Below, one piece after another: positions 38,601 to 51,138 of a DNA stretch of 64,000 nucleotides. The notes beneath the pieces were generated by a model. That model ran no database searches. It was not told the origin of the DNA and saw only the letters and a list, made by a program, of their open reading frames with translations. This stretch comes from Tubulanus polymorphus (taxonomy: Eukaryota; Animalia; Nemertea). Every line of letters starts with the position of its first letter. Within the stretch, counting starts at the first letter, position 1. A program made the translations under genes and the position numbers. The stretch is taken from contig NC_134036.1 in assembly GCF_964204645.1 (NCBI RefSeq), positions 4,060,600 to 4,124,599 of the forward strand. Reading direction: 5' to 3'.

Positions 38601-39776
38601 TCTAAACAACAGACTGATGACAAGGTATAGTCGCGTTCCATTTTTCTTGCTCTTCGTTCGTTCGGCTTTCATTACGAGGTGTCTTTCTATAGTTCTTCGT
38701 GTTTAGTGATCAAGTAGAAGATATTGGAAGTTTTGAAAGAATTGGAAGTTGATATTTTATGATATACAAATGAGGGCTGAACATATGGGCGGATATGTTT
38801 TTATATGACTTATCTGTTCTGTTTGTTTCTAGTCTTTCAATATCTTTTCTCAAACTCGTATTTGTTTTTCTTAACGATCCTGCTTACCAGAATTAATGAA
38901 CGTATCCGATGCTTAGGTGTGTTGTTGGTCTATCGTCTATTCTAGGGTACCCTGCTCTATAAACCTACGTACCTTAAATGTTTCCGGAGCCATCTTCGAT
39001 AACTATACATAGCATCATGTCGTCTCCTAACTATTCATTTAATCAAATATACAAAGAAGAAAGTCGAATTCACTATTACAGGTTCGGTATATGAAAGATG
39101 TACTTAATATTAGAACCAACGTTATAAGTTTCAACGGCCACGATCAGTATACACTCAATGAACTAGGGTAGGTTTAGACGATAGTATCAATCTGGGGATC
39201 TGCTTGTTGTCCGTAAGTACCCTGCAATGTCTCGGACAGCAGATCTTGTGAGGGGTGGGTACAGACATTAGATTGTCTGAGAGGTAGGGCACAGAGAATG
39301 GTGTCAGAATGAAGTCAGTACAGACATCAGATTACTTAGGGAGGTTTGCCACAGCTGGAACGTGGATACAGATCTTAGATTGTTGATTTTACGTAAGGTC
39401 TTTTTTATTACTTGGCGTACAGACTTTTTCAAGTAAAATGTGGGAGGATGAAAGGAAAAAATATAATCAACTATGAAACAAATATTTTCATAATAGGCGT
39501 TTTAAAATGGAAGGGAATAGGAAAATAAATTTTTCTTTATTATTTTAGTATTTTGCACGTAAAACCTCGGAAGGACTGCAGTTAGAATTAGGTGAACATT
39601 GTATTGACTTTGATTCAAATGATGGGAGCTTTGAAAAAATAAACAAATTTCGAAAATCACGAGATTGAAAATGAAGATGAACAAACATTAATTTTGCAAG
39701 TTACTAGAATTAAAAACAATAATTCTGGGAGGCGGATCCGTACTCCAAATGTTTTAGAAAAGGTCTTAGTACATAC

Positions 39777-42700
39777 CTTGAACTCTTCTGGTGTAGAAGT
39801 TATAGGATACGTCGGCTGTCAGCATGTCATCGGTGACCGTTGAGGACAGGCACCGACACGTCCGCTTGGCATGGTTGTATTCGATGGCGGTCGATGATGG
39901 CGAAGGGTTGCCCCACGTCGACGAACAGGCCGCGTAGCAGCCGGAAAGCGTCGACGCGAACGGCGGATTGTCATTCGGCATTGATGACGGCGATAGTCGC
40001 TTCGAAGGTAGCAAATCGAATCCGGGTAACTCTGCGTTAAAACGATCGGAACATAAATCAATTACACATTGCGAGGTAGACCGTTGATAAAACTCTACAT
40101 TATCCGTTTTATGACGATAATGTGTAGAAAATTCCAAAATAATAACGAAAATGATAATTCGAAGTCCGAAAATGTTTCCTTGAGCTAGTAGTTCGACGTT
40201 TAGAATTTATTCGAATATTTAACTTCAGGAATAGGCTCATATCCTGCAGTATTCCTGAAGATGACTATCAGTAAAACTACTACGAATAAACTACTAGCTC
40301 GAAGAAACATTTTCAGACATTATGTCATGCTTGTCGTAAATCATTCTGAATTACTGTTGACCTAACATCTGGTACCTTTAGTGTGATAATCGTGGTGGTC
40401 GCTGGGCGATAACTTGCCGCTACAGCTGTCGTCCAGGAGCCAACAGTTGCGCTCGGTGCCGTTGTAAAGGAACGCCCGGTAGGCGGCGTTCGCGTGGCAA
40501 ATCGCCGCGCATTGAGACAAAGATACATTGCCGTAAAATTTCGGGCTCAAATACGGATCGCCGCAGGTCGTGTTTTTCTTGTACAAGAAAGTCTTCGTAG
40601 CTGAAATTTCGAAACACTGAATTTTTAGAATATAGGTGTGAGGAGGGAGGCCTATCATATCTGTTCTACTCGCTGCTCTTCCGCTACAGCTGTGAGTAGA
40701 GGGGGTTCACAGAGAACCTTTTGCGTCTGTTCTACTCGCCGCTCTCCCGCTACAGCTGTGTGGAGAGAGGAGAGGGGGTTCACCGAGAACCTATTGTATC
40801 TGTTCTACACGATGCTCTCCCGCTACAGCTGTGAGTAGAGGGGGTTCACCGAGAACCTATTGTATCTGTTCTACACGATGCTCTGCCACTAAAGTTGTGC
40901 CGAGAGCGGGTCCAGATAAGGTGTTCGTGTCTCATGGTCAAGCAGATGCTCTACTCTTAATATTTCTACGATCTCGAATGCCTTTAAAGGCGTGGGAGGA
41001 ATGTATGGTCGTTTTCCGAATTACTTACCTCTACTATCGAACCAGTAATCGGTGAATCTCTTAGATGTCGTACGCGTACAAGTCGTCGTTTGGTACATAA
41101 CAACGACCAAGTTATTCCGATCGACGTGCAAACCGAAGGACATACAGTTGATATCGTTCGAACACTGTTCGGCGGCATCTCGGGCGCGTGTGAACGTAAT
41201 CGGTGCCCGCTTCACCGCGTTGTCCTTGCATTCGGCGAACCTTTTCGTTACGTAACCTACGGCATCATCTGAAAAATGCCACACTATTACTAGATTTACA
41301 TCCGAACTAGATAGGAGATGGGGTCTACTGAATCCGCGCGATCACTCGCTGCGACGATTTGGCGCCCGGATCAGACCTTAAGTCAAATTTGGCTCGTGCC
41401 TAATTAGAAAGCATAAGCACACGTAAACCACTCACTCGAAACTAAACAATACTCGAATAAAGCGAGGAATCAGTTGCAATTCGCACGCAACGATTAGACA
41501 CGTGCTAAAATTTGTCTCGGGCCTGGTCCGACGATCGTACCGCGACATAGTCAGTCCCTCTCGACGCATTTACGCTCAAATCCCTAGCTGTCGTGAGGGA
41601 GGTTTGGTCCGCTGCGTTACGACACCGTTATAGGATTCAAATCAACAGTTATCAACAGTGAGTTGAAAATGAACTCACTTTCACAACTGTAAAATCGCGT
41701 CCTGGACAAGACGGACGACACTGCAATCACTGACCATATGGGACAAAATAACCATCAGGTTCGAATCCCCGTAAGGAATGATGGGGTTGCTTAGGGTTGC
41801 AACCAAGGCAGAGTCTCTACTGTACCACCAGGTGTGAATCCCAGCACAAGGTTGAGGTGCAGAGGCCATCAATGGTGGACGTGTTCTTTCGCGGCGTTTA
41901 CACGCGTCCGATATGGCGACGTCAACACTTACCCATTCTATCGTAGAAATTATAAAGATTGACGGAAGTAATGGAAGGCGTCGCGCAACTCGACATCACG
42001 ACCGCTCCCGTTAGACTACAGTCGTCATTACGTTTTATGATGAAACCGGTCGGCGACGGTTCAGTTAAAACCACGTTGCCTAACGCGGCGGGCGTCGCGG
42101 CGTTCAACTGAACAGGCCTCAGATGGTCGCATGAGATGCCTCTTCTTAACAGGAAACGGTCCACTTCTGGTAGTTCGACACGATTTGAAATATAAAAGGA
42201 AGGAAAAAGTGATTTGGGGTTTTAGTCGTTAGAGCAGGTATCAATCTGTGCTCCGAACGGCGTTATGATCGCCCAAAGCGGGCCATCACTTTATTTTACC
42301 GTTCCCATTCCATGCCCCTTTAAAAAGAAAATCCTAAGGCCCGAAAAAAGGACTTTTCCAACAAGAAGAATCAAAAAGTTCCGCCATCTATCAGTGTTTG
42401 GGCATTTCACCGGCTCTAAAACATGCCATAGTGCGGTTGGAGCAGCCACATTTGACTAGTTCGCCATCTAGCGGACAATTTGCAATAAAAGATGTCTTAG
42501 GGGAAGCTCTGAACCCGAGACTGGACTAAAGTTTTAGTGTGTTCATGAAAATGTCTGGAGTTTGTAGTTCATTTTCGGTAAAAACAATATCTATCTTTTA
42601 GATGCGGCCCTGAACACAGAAGCGCGGACCCAGTTTTTGAAAGTGCGCTGTTAGAATGTCTAATGCCTGGTGTTTATAGTTCGTTTTCAATTAGGAATGT

Positions 42701-45700
42701 CTCAGGTGAAGCACTGAACACATGTGAAGTGTGGATGATCAGTTTTTGAAAGCGCGCTGATGGAATGTCTAATGTCTGGCGTTTGCGATTTATTTTTGAT
42801 TAGAAATGTCTCAGGTGAAGTTCTGAACACAAGCGAAGTGTGGACCCAGTTTTTGAAAGTGTGCTGATAGAATGTCTAATGCCTGGTGTTTATAAATAGT
42901 TCATTTTCGATTGAACGTGTCCAACGTGAAGTTCCGAACTTACCTTTCGAATCGTACACATTTCGCGACGGACTAATCGTCGCCTGTGCGCAGGTTTGCG
43001 TGTACATCCGGCAGGTGATCGTTTCGAAGTCGAATGTGAATGTCGTACAAGGCGAGCCCTTCATTTCCAGGCAAGATCTGTAACATTTCATCAGACAAGT
43101 ATCCATTAGCACAGCGTACGGCGTCAGTTGTTCACAGTCGCAATGGTTCCTGTAAAAGACGTCGCTTTTCGGCCCTGCAAAAACCACAGTTGGTATTAGA
43201 TATGCAGGCGTTTTTTTTAAGGAAATGTTTCGTCTTCTCTGTTAATCGGATTTACGTGTTAAACGATATTTTTCTTGTCTATAAGTTACTTCGGCAACGC
43301 AAACTCGGGTATGATTTCTATATTATAAAACAAGCTATTGCGTCTATTCTACTCGCTGCTCTACCGCTATAGCTGTGAGGAGAGCAGGTTCGCCGAGAAC
43401 CTATTGCGTCTGTTCTACTCGCTGCTCTCCCGCTACAGCTGCGAGGAGAGCGGGTTCACCGAGAACCTAACGCGTCTGTTCTACTCGCTGCTCTACCGCT
43501 ACAGCTGTGAGGAGAGGGGGTTCACCGAAAACCTATTGTCTATTGCATCTGTTCTGTACTCGCTGCTCTACTTATCAAGTTTACGTCTTTTTCTAAGTGC
43601 TAAGAACTGTACAACTAAGAACTAATCTATCGACAGAAAAAGTAATTAATACGTACTTTTCTTAGAGTACACGGTTTTCTTGATCCCAACTAGTGGAGAA
43701 TGTGTTGGGTACGCCCCGTGCAGTACGCACTGTCCCAATGACTGGTACGTGTAGGCCGTGCAGTTTAACATCCGTTGACAGGCCAGGGCGCAGTCCGAGT
43801 GCGTCAACGATAAGCTGGCGATCGCCGTATCGTTAGAAAACCACCGATCGATGTATCGATTATATAATCTCATTACACAAGTTCCTTAAACAAAAATTTA
43901 AAAAATGCAAAGAATTGTTTGCAGCTTTATCTTTTTTTTGCAACAGATATTCGAGCTTGATTTAAGGGAATCAGAGCTTGATTTGAGGGAATCAATATGG
44001 ACATTGCCACCAGTTGCATACGATATGTCGATGATGATGATGATGATGATGATGAAACAGGCACCCAAGGGGGGATGGGGTATACGGGTGTAGCGAACGA
44101 ACCCCCTAATATTTCAAGGCGCCCGTAATAAGGCGTCACAGTGTCTAAACATTCGGGCCACTATTTTTCGAAATTTGGATATAGTGTTCAGGTTTTGAGG
44201 AAAGGGTAAACCTGTAAGGGGTCATTGGTCATCGGGATCTATCTCAATTTGGTATGTACATTATATAGAAATTTACGAAGTCAAAAAGTCATTTAGAATG
44301 TAAGTGCGATTACCCTGCATGTATTCGTAGGTATAGACAACCGGGTCGTCGGTTGTCACATCCGATTTCTGACACGTGGCGTTGTGCGCCCAACAGATCG
44401 ACTGTTCTTCGTTGCACGATACGGTTTGAACCGTCGCCGAACCGAAGTCGTTCAGTGCCAGCGACTGGGCGTAGCCGGCGTAAGTATCATCGTACGCTTT
44501 TATCACCGGGAGATCCGGCTGGCACGCCCCGTGAGTGACGGAGAACTGTCCCGCCTTGTTCTCTGAAACAAGATGAAGTCGTTTATTAAAAGTGAATCTA
44601 TTTCAGGCAAAAATCCTATCGTGTTTACATACACGCTGCTTGCCCGCTACAGCTGTGAGGAGAGGGGGTTCACTGAGAACCAATTGCGTCTGTTCTACTC
44701 GCTGCTCTCCCGCTACAGCTGTGAGGAGAGGGGGTTCACCGAGAACCTATCGCGTCTGTTCTACTCGCTGCTAATACTACTGCAGTGGGGTTTGTAAGGG
44801 ACACCGTATCAATAGAAATCAAACGAAATCCACCAATGAAATAAATAACAGGGCCGATCCCTATTTTCAGAGATCAAAAATACTACTATGCCAAACCAAT
44901 ATATGGGCTCTATTCCTGTCGCCCGTATGCAAACGGAAATGCTTGAACTAATGTTAGAACGTAATGTCAGAATGTGATGGATTTCCGAAATATCAAAACA
45001 TACCGTTTTTGACAAGCATCTTCCGTCGACGCGCGCGAAGAACGCCCTCGATTATAGCGGTTGCCAATAATTTTGTCGGTCATAAAAAATATCGGTTATA
45101 CGAAATGCAGGAAACAATTTTAATGGCAACGCATTTTGATGGTATAGGCGGTGGTTAATGCGCTTTTCAGTTTCCCGGCTCTTACTGATTGTCATCGACG
45201 TCTCCTCGAGGTTGAGGTTCGGCTGAACGTAATTCTAAATCTAGTTTTTCTACGCAGAAAATGCAAATACGCTAATACGTATGCGTAGTATTTCAGCTCG
45301 TTTAGTGGCGAACTCTTAAAGTAGTTAGCCCGAACAAAACCGGGTATTAATGTATTACGATAATATGTAGAGAATTCCGCAATGAGAACGAAAGAAACAC
45401 ATTTTAAGTAAGAAAACGTTTCCGTGACCTGGCAGTTTATTAGACGTTTCGACTATATTCTCATAGTCATCTCCAGGAAATACTGAAGATTTTGAATTCG
45501 GACTTTTTATTTTTTATTTTTTCGTTATTATCGTGTCACAACACGTAAATATAGTGTTCTATCAGTGGTGAGAGTTTTATGCATTCTCAATATAAAAGCA
45601 CTCAGATTTTAAAATCAAACCCTTTTTAGACAGTTGGGAATGTTTCTTAGATACGGTAGATATAGTTCATAGTCGTAGCCTAATTGACTAGCATTGAGCA

Positions 45701-47737
45701 ACAACCCACAAATAATTCTTATGACAACTGCTATTGTTTCATTTTATAATTGTTTTTCATATTCTGATAATTTTCCACTTGATATCTCATTTTCAAAATT
45801 AACTCTGAAAATGGGTAGCAGAATTCCGCATGAAGCGCAAGGAAAAATAAAGAACGCAATAGCAGTTGTTTAGATGCATATTGCGGGTTTTCGCTGATCA
45901 ATCTCTCTGTTTCGCTGCCGGGCAGGTGCGGTGTTCGGTTTGGAAGGGGAATCTATAATCGAATCGAATCAAATCAAATCAAATCTACCGACCAACTGAA
46001 TAAAAAGACGATCTCTTTCTCAAGATATGTGGTTTCGGACGGTTTTTCGCTAGTCGGTATAAATACAATACGATTACCTCTTTTGAATATGAGTTTATGT
46101 CTGTAATGAGTATCCGGTTTCACACATATGGAATCGGTTGATTGTAGATCGCAGTTTTTACGCTGGTCGTAGAACGCCGCTGCGCAATCGACGTGTGCTT
46201 TGCAGAGATTCTTGCAATCGGTCAACGACTTTTTCTCGAAGACGACCACGCGATTCGATTTCAGGTCGACGTCTCCACACAACACGACATCCTTCACAAC
46301 CTGGACTGGAACGGAGGGAGAAAATGATGAAACATTTGATTTGAACTTGACGGCCTGCCACGTTCCTCCCTCGCAGGGATTCGAACCTGATGGCATCGCG
46401 AGACTCTGCCGCGTTGATGGCATATAGCGAGTATATATACCACTGCGAGACTTTAGAAAATAAAGTAATTTAAACTCTAAGTTTAACTCTAACTCTATAA
46501 ACACTGTGGAACTGGATCCTATAGCATTTGCTCAAAGGTTGGTCGTCGGTTTAACAGCGAATTTAGCCATGGAAACAAATTCAATATTCAAGATATCGAC
46601 TTTCCGCTGGTCAACTTTAATCAAATCCAACTAAACTAGGGGTTTCTCCACACAATCAACTCCACAACACAATGCCATAGGTGCCAATTTGCTATCTCAT
46701 TATCCTAGTTACAAAATATCTAATCCTTCTTAACTTAGCTTAGAATTTTGTGTGGTTTCGCGGTAACCTTGTTTTTTGTTGTTTTAACAAGTTGTCTTAG
46801 TTCGGAAACATGCTGTGAGTTTTACATGCTTCGTTATTTCATTTTGCTTCTGACTTCATAGTCAACAGCCGAACAGTTGTGGTTTCGTTTTGTTAAATTC
46901 AATCGTGTAAAATTCTATTGTGGGTCTTCTTAATTCAACTTCGATCAACTTCTATCGTTGACCCATTTCTATAAGTTCGGACAATGAAAATGCAATTAAG
47001 CTGAATACTCTTGATCTGCGCGTTCTCTCTCTCTCCTGACGCGGGTTTATCCGATATATTTGTATCGGAATTACACGTACTTTAAAGCGAAGCGGAAATC
47101 TACGCGCTGTTTCACTTTCGTTTACCGCTAAAAGCGGGATATCGGCTTTTTTAGTGGAATCGGAGAGAAGCCTACTTTTTCGTACTCGCGCTCTACTCGA
47201 GTCGTCATATTATACGTGCGTTGCGATATCGATAATTTCCTAAGCAATCCATGATTCGAGGCAGTTTCTTTTTTCATTTTTACACTCCTTTCGAAAATGA
47301 AAGAATATAGAATCACACGCTCTTTAGAACCATAAAATGCAGATATCGGATATCGGCATAAGTATAGCACTTTTCGACGAGTTTATTTTCCAGCGGTAAA
47401 TAAACCGGAATCGTCAACAATTCCCTCAAAAATTACCTTAGGGTAACGAATCTGCGAAATATTTAAAAGATTGCTCGCCATGATTGCGAGTATTCTTAGA
47501 TTTAAACAGCTCGTCAAAAATGCGATATCTTAGCAATCGCCACGTTCTTTTTTAAAAAGGCGTGTTGTACACGTTAACGCACGAATTTAAGAATGTAGAT
47601 TCGAAAAATGAAAATAAATCCGCGTACTTACACGTGTCATCTGTGACCACTTCTTCGGTAAGAAGAGCCCCTACTAGTAAAATCGGCGTTAGAAGAATCG
47701 TTATCGCCGAGCTTAAGTCTTGTCGCCGTCTCGCCAT
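39777..47737 (-). CDS. Secreted protein with at least 8 tandem PAN/Apple-like domains; last coding exon unresolved
   Basis: Signal exon 47737-47632 (MARRRQDLSSAITILLTPILLVGALLTEE...), then eight phase 1-1 exons in frame: 46305-46078, 44562-44314, 43884-43657, 43174-42944, 42166-41933, 41268-41029, 40600-40376, 40031-39777. PAN-type C-x3-C...C..(F/Y).Y...C.L patterns include DCKNLCKAHVDCAAAFYDQRKNCDL, DCALACQRMLNCTAYTYQSLGQCVL and QCAAICHANAAYRAFLYNGTERNCWL. The last listed exon ends in a GTATGT donor. Minus-strand AATAAA at 38543-38538 and 38518-38513 suggest a 3' end near 38.5 kb. Confidence 0.85.
40100..40318. mobile_element. Palindromic non-autonomous element with decayed back-to-back hammerhead motifs
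   Basis: AAAATGTTTCCTTGAGCTAGTAGTT and AACTACTAGCTCGAAGAAACATTTT form inverted arms around ...CTTCAGGAATA...TATTCCTGAAGATGACTAT. The flank matches 25490-25615 and 45350-45550. Confidence 0.6.
43335..43570. repeat. 66-bp minisatellite
   Basis: Unit CTATTGCGTCTGTTCTACTCGCTGCTCTCCCGCTACAGCTGTGAGGAGAGGGGGTTCACCGAGAAC. Also at 40630-40890 and 44630-44775. Confidence 0.9.
45350..45555. mobile_element. Copy of the same hammerhead-bearing palindromic element; minus-strand core mutated (CTGGAGA)
   Basis: Minus strand 45480-45439 reads TTTC-CTGGAGA-T-GACTAT-gagaat-ATAGTC-GAAA-CG-TC. The flanks match 25490-25615. Confidence 0.6.
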
Positions 47738-47869
47738 CGTGACGGCAGTTCTGCGTGTAAACGGAGCTGATTCTGTCCGCAATCGATTCTTTGTTTTGAT
47801 CCAATTTTCCGTGTTCAATGATTAATGGAGAAAAAGCATAGATTTTTCAATGTTTGATTTTTTAATGTA

Positions 47870-48440
47870 CATCATTATCAAACTCAGATATCGCTCGTAA
47901 GACGAAAGAGCCAATTGGAGCGGAGTGTACTGTACCATCCAACTCAGATATCACTCTCAAGTCGAAAGATCCAACTGGAGCTGAGTTTACTGTACCATCC
48001 GACTCAGATATTGCTCTCTAGTCAAAAGATCAGACTTGAGCGGAGTCTACTGTATCATCCAACTCAAATATCACTCTCGGGTCAAAAGATCATGAGCTGA
48101 GTCTACTGTACCATCCAACTCAGATATCACTCTCAAGTCGAAAGATCATGAGCTGAGTCTACTGTACCATCCAACTCAGATATCACTCTCTAGTTGAATT
48201 CGAATCTACAAGGTGAAAAATTCCCAGATCCGACTTGAGTTTTAAGTCGACTACAGCATTATTCCCAATTCAGATCGTGCTTGAGTTTGGATATTTACAG
48301 TCCAGAAAGATCCGACTTGAACGGGGTCTGCTCTACCGTCCAACTCAGATATCACCCTCAAGTCAAAAGACCCGACTTGAGTCGAGTCCACTGTACAATC
48401 CAACTTGCGTATCACTCTCAAATTAAAAGATCCGATTTGA
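47870..48440. repeat. Degenerate minisatellite related to 18410-18710
   Basis: Recurrent TACTGTACCATCCAACTCAGATATCACTCTCAAGTC.AAAGATC. Confidence 0.85.
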
Positions 48441-50055
48441 TCGGAATATTTTCGGAATATGTGCCGCTGTCTGCGTTTTAGCGCTGAATATCGGTACGAA
48501 AACTCGAATGGGCGCGTTTCGGACCGTGTTCAGCTAGAAAACGATTCGTTGAAACGAATGAAAGCGGATGCGCGAACGTCGTGATCGGCTGCGTTGATTC
48601 GACGAACCTACGCTTATCAATACATACTCCGCGCCACAAAGTGTATAAAATCGAAGATACATAGGTCGTAATTTACATGTTTTTCATTTGCGAATTAATT
48701 TACTGAGAAAGAAATAGAAGTATTTATATAAAGTTGAACCGTCTAGACTTTTATCCACTGTACAATATCGCTTAACTTACTGGAAGGCTTTTATCTTTTA
48801 TCTTGAGTTTTCTACGATGTTTTGTTCGAAATATTTCTTCTAGGAAACAAATCCCCTATATTAATTAATTAATTTTATCGCTATTTTCTCAATATCACCC
48901 ATGAAATCATCGATGTGAACGATTTTTCGGGGGTTGACTGTTAAACAGCATTAGTTCGATGAAGCTTTTTACTATACACACTATAGGCAAGCTCGTAATT
49001 CAGATAATGTCAGACCTAAATTTCTACTACATTGCGTGTCTACAAGTTTATCGATTTGATACCAGCTTAACGCAGCTCTTCTTCCGACTATTGTCAAGGC
49101 ATCTACGCAAAAAACAACTAATACGTCGTGATCGAGTCGATACCGAGAAAATGTTCGTGTTCTTCCCTAAAAGCGTCGCGTGCAGGGCATCAGGGCATCA
49201 AATCCGTTTCGGATTCGGTTCGAACGTCCACCCTGATGTCGGCATAAAGAAAATATGGCCACGCTTCCAAACCTAATCGATTTGAGGCCAGATTTACAGG
49301 AAAAAGAAGCAAATTTCTTTTTTTCACCACGAATGTGCCACGATTTGTGAAATTGCGTACGATTTAGAAATATTCTCAGCCGTAGCACTCCCAGGAATCA
49401 CGACTTAAACTCCGTGCCGTTGGCGAGTACACCTTACAAAAAGTTCACTTCCTCGAAAATCGAACCCCTCCGAATTAATGGCTGCGAGCCTGGGACATCC
49501 GCCCGGATTACCGTATCATTAAACTTGTGTATAAGTCGGATCGGTCTTAATTGGCCCGAACTTTTTCCGTTCGTTTTCCTTACAAGGAAATTATGTCTCG
49601 AAAGTTGTAAGTAAAAAAGTCGCCTAAATCGGACAAAATGTTTGATATCCAAAATGCTAAAATGAAGGAATTTGTTTTTGTTCTAGTTGTCACCTTCAGT
49701 AGTATCCGGAAACTCAACTTGGCATCGAACGTATGAAATTCTGAATTTGTTTCTATCTAAAAAAATGCTGACTTCAAAATTGTAGGCTATATCGCGATAC
49801 ACTTTACAATGATATACGTATATATTTATATTTTGCGGAGTGGGCGCTGATTGAATTAGGTTTCGAATTCATTAAGTTCGTAAGTACGCGCGTTGTGAAT
49901 AGAAACCGCTTACAAGCGGCGAAAACACAATTGAAAACTGTAAATTGTAAATTTGTGCGTTCTTCATTCACTGGATTAGGGAAGTGAAATCGATGTATTC
50001 AGTAAAGTTGTGAGCGGCGCAGTAGACGCGCAAGGTTCGTCGACAGCTCAGCGAG

Positions 50056-51138
50056 ATGTTCGATAACGCTACAATAATTACCACGGTGACGACGCTGAAG
50101 CTCACCCGATGCCAGAAGTTTGAAACTCGCCCAGTTCAATGGATACTAAAATTCAGCGTTTTCACGTATTTATGCTGGTATCTACCGGCGTCCGTGCTGG
50201 GTATAGTATTCAACGCGTTCACGCTGTCGGTTCTAAAACGATTCAAATCTGATAACTATTTTCTCATCAAAGTCCTAGCTGTAAACGATCTTCTGTTTAT
50301 GATCGCGACGTTCGTTCTGTATCCGCTGAGAACTGCGCACATTTACGCCGTTTTGGGCGATATTTTGTTTCGCATGGGTGATTGGCGTTTTGGCGTAATT
50401 TTCATCTCGGCGGCCTTGCCGTTTTTCTACATGTTTCAGATGACGCGTAACTGGTGCACTGTACTGCTCAGTCTAGAGCGGTTAATCGTCGTATTGTTTC
50501 CAATAAAATCTCGTAAATTGCCCAAGAAGTTTATATCGGTTTGTGCGATGGCTTTTATTTTGCTGCTCAGCTTTTGTGGCCATTTTATTCACTTTTTGCC
50601 TCCACAGCATATCATACTCATGGAATGTCCCGATCATTGGCCCTACATTACAATCCGCCATAGGACATTTCGATATTGGCTACATTGGCGTCATCGGCTT
50701 AACTATTGGCGGTTTAGGGTTTCCGTTCAATTTTTTTTCTTTTATCTGACCGTCACTATTCCGATTTGTCTTTTAGTCGTCATCAATGTAATGCTTATTT
50801 CGGCGACATTTTTTCGTCGGGTCACTCGACGTTCAAAGCTCGGCGTAACCGACGAATCGTCCAGGAGGGAAATGAGGGTTCTAAGAATGGTCTTATCCGT
50901 AATTGCGTTGTATATTATTTGTGAAGGTTTCGGATTTTTCGATCGTTTAAACGCTTTTGGAATCATTGGGAAGCTTCCGGCTATGAGATTGATAACTTTA
51001 GGATTTTCCATCGTCGATTCGTCAGTAAATTTTATCGTTTATTGTGCGACTAATGAACAATTTCGAAAAGTGGCGGTTGAAATTTTAGATACCTTGCTTC
51101 ATAAACGAGTCGTGATCAAAGCCCCTGCACGTCTATGA
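50056..51138 (+). CDS. Intronless class A GPCR, FMRFamide/peptide-receptor-like orphan (copy 1), 360 aa
   Basis: Seven hydrophobic segments: TM1 GIVFN, TM2 LAVNDL, TM3 WCTVLLSLERLIVVLFP, TM5 IPICLLVVIN and TM7 DSSVNFIVYCATNEQFR. These motifs are typical of the invertebrate FMRFamide/sex-peptide-receptor-like group. Confidence 0.93.
   Translation: MFDNATIITTVTTLKLTRCQKFETRPVQWILKFSVFTYLCWYLPASVLGIVFNAFTLSVLKRFKSDNYFLIKVLAVNDLLFMIATFVLYPLRTAHIYAVLGDILFRMGDWRFGVIFISAALPFFYMFQMTRNWCTVLLSLERLIVVLFPIKSRKLPKKFISVCAMAFILLLSFCGHFIHFLPPQHIILMECPDHWPYITIRHRTFRYWLHWRHRLNYWRFRVSVQFFFFYLTVTIPICLLVVINVMLISATFFRRVTRRSKLGVTDESSRREMRVLRMVLSVIALYIICEGFGFFDRLNAFGIIGKLPAMRLITLGFSIVDSSVNFIVYCATNEQFRKVAVEILDTLLHKRVVIKAPARL

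Noticed and set aside
38010-39222. Candidate terminal exons of the PAN gene (starting at about 39221, 39030, 38951 or 38119)
   Set aside because: Several short phase-compatible frames exist, none with domain similarity; they cannot be distinguished without transcripts.
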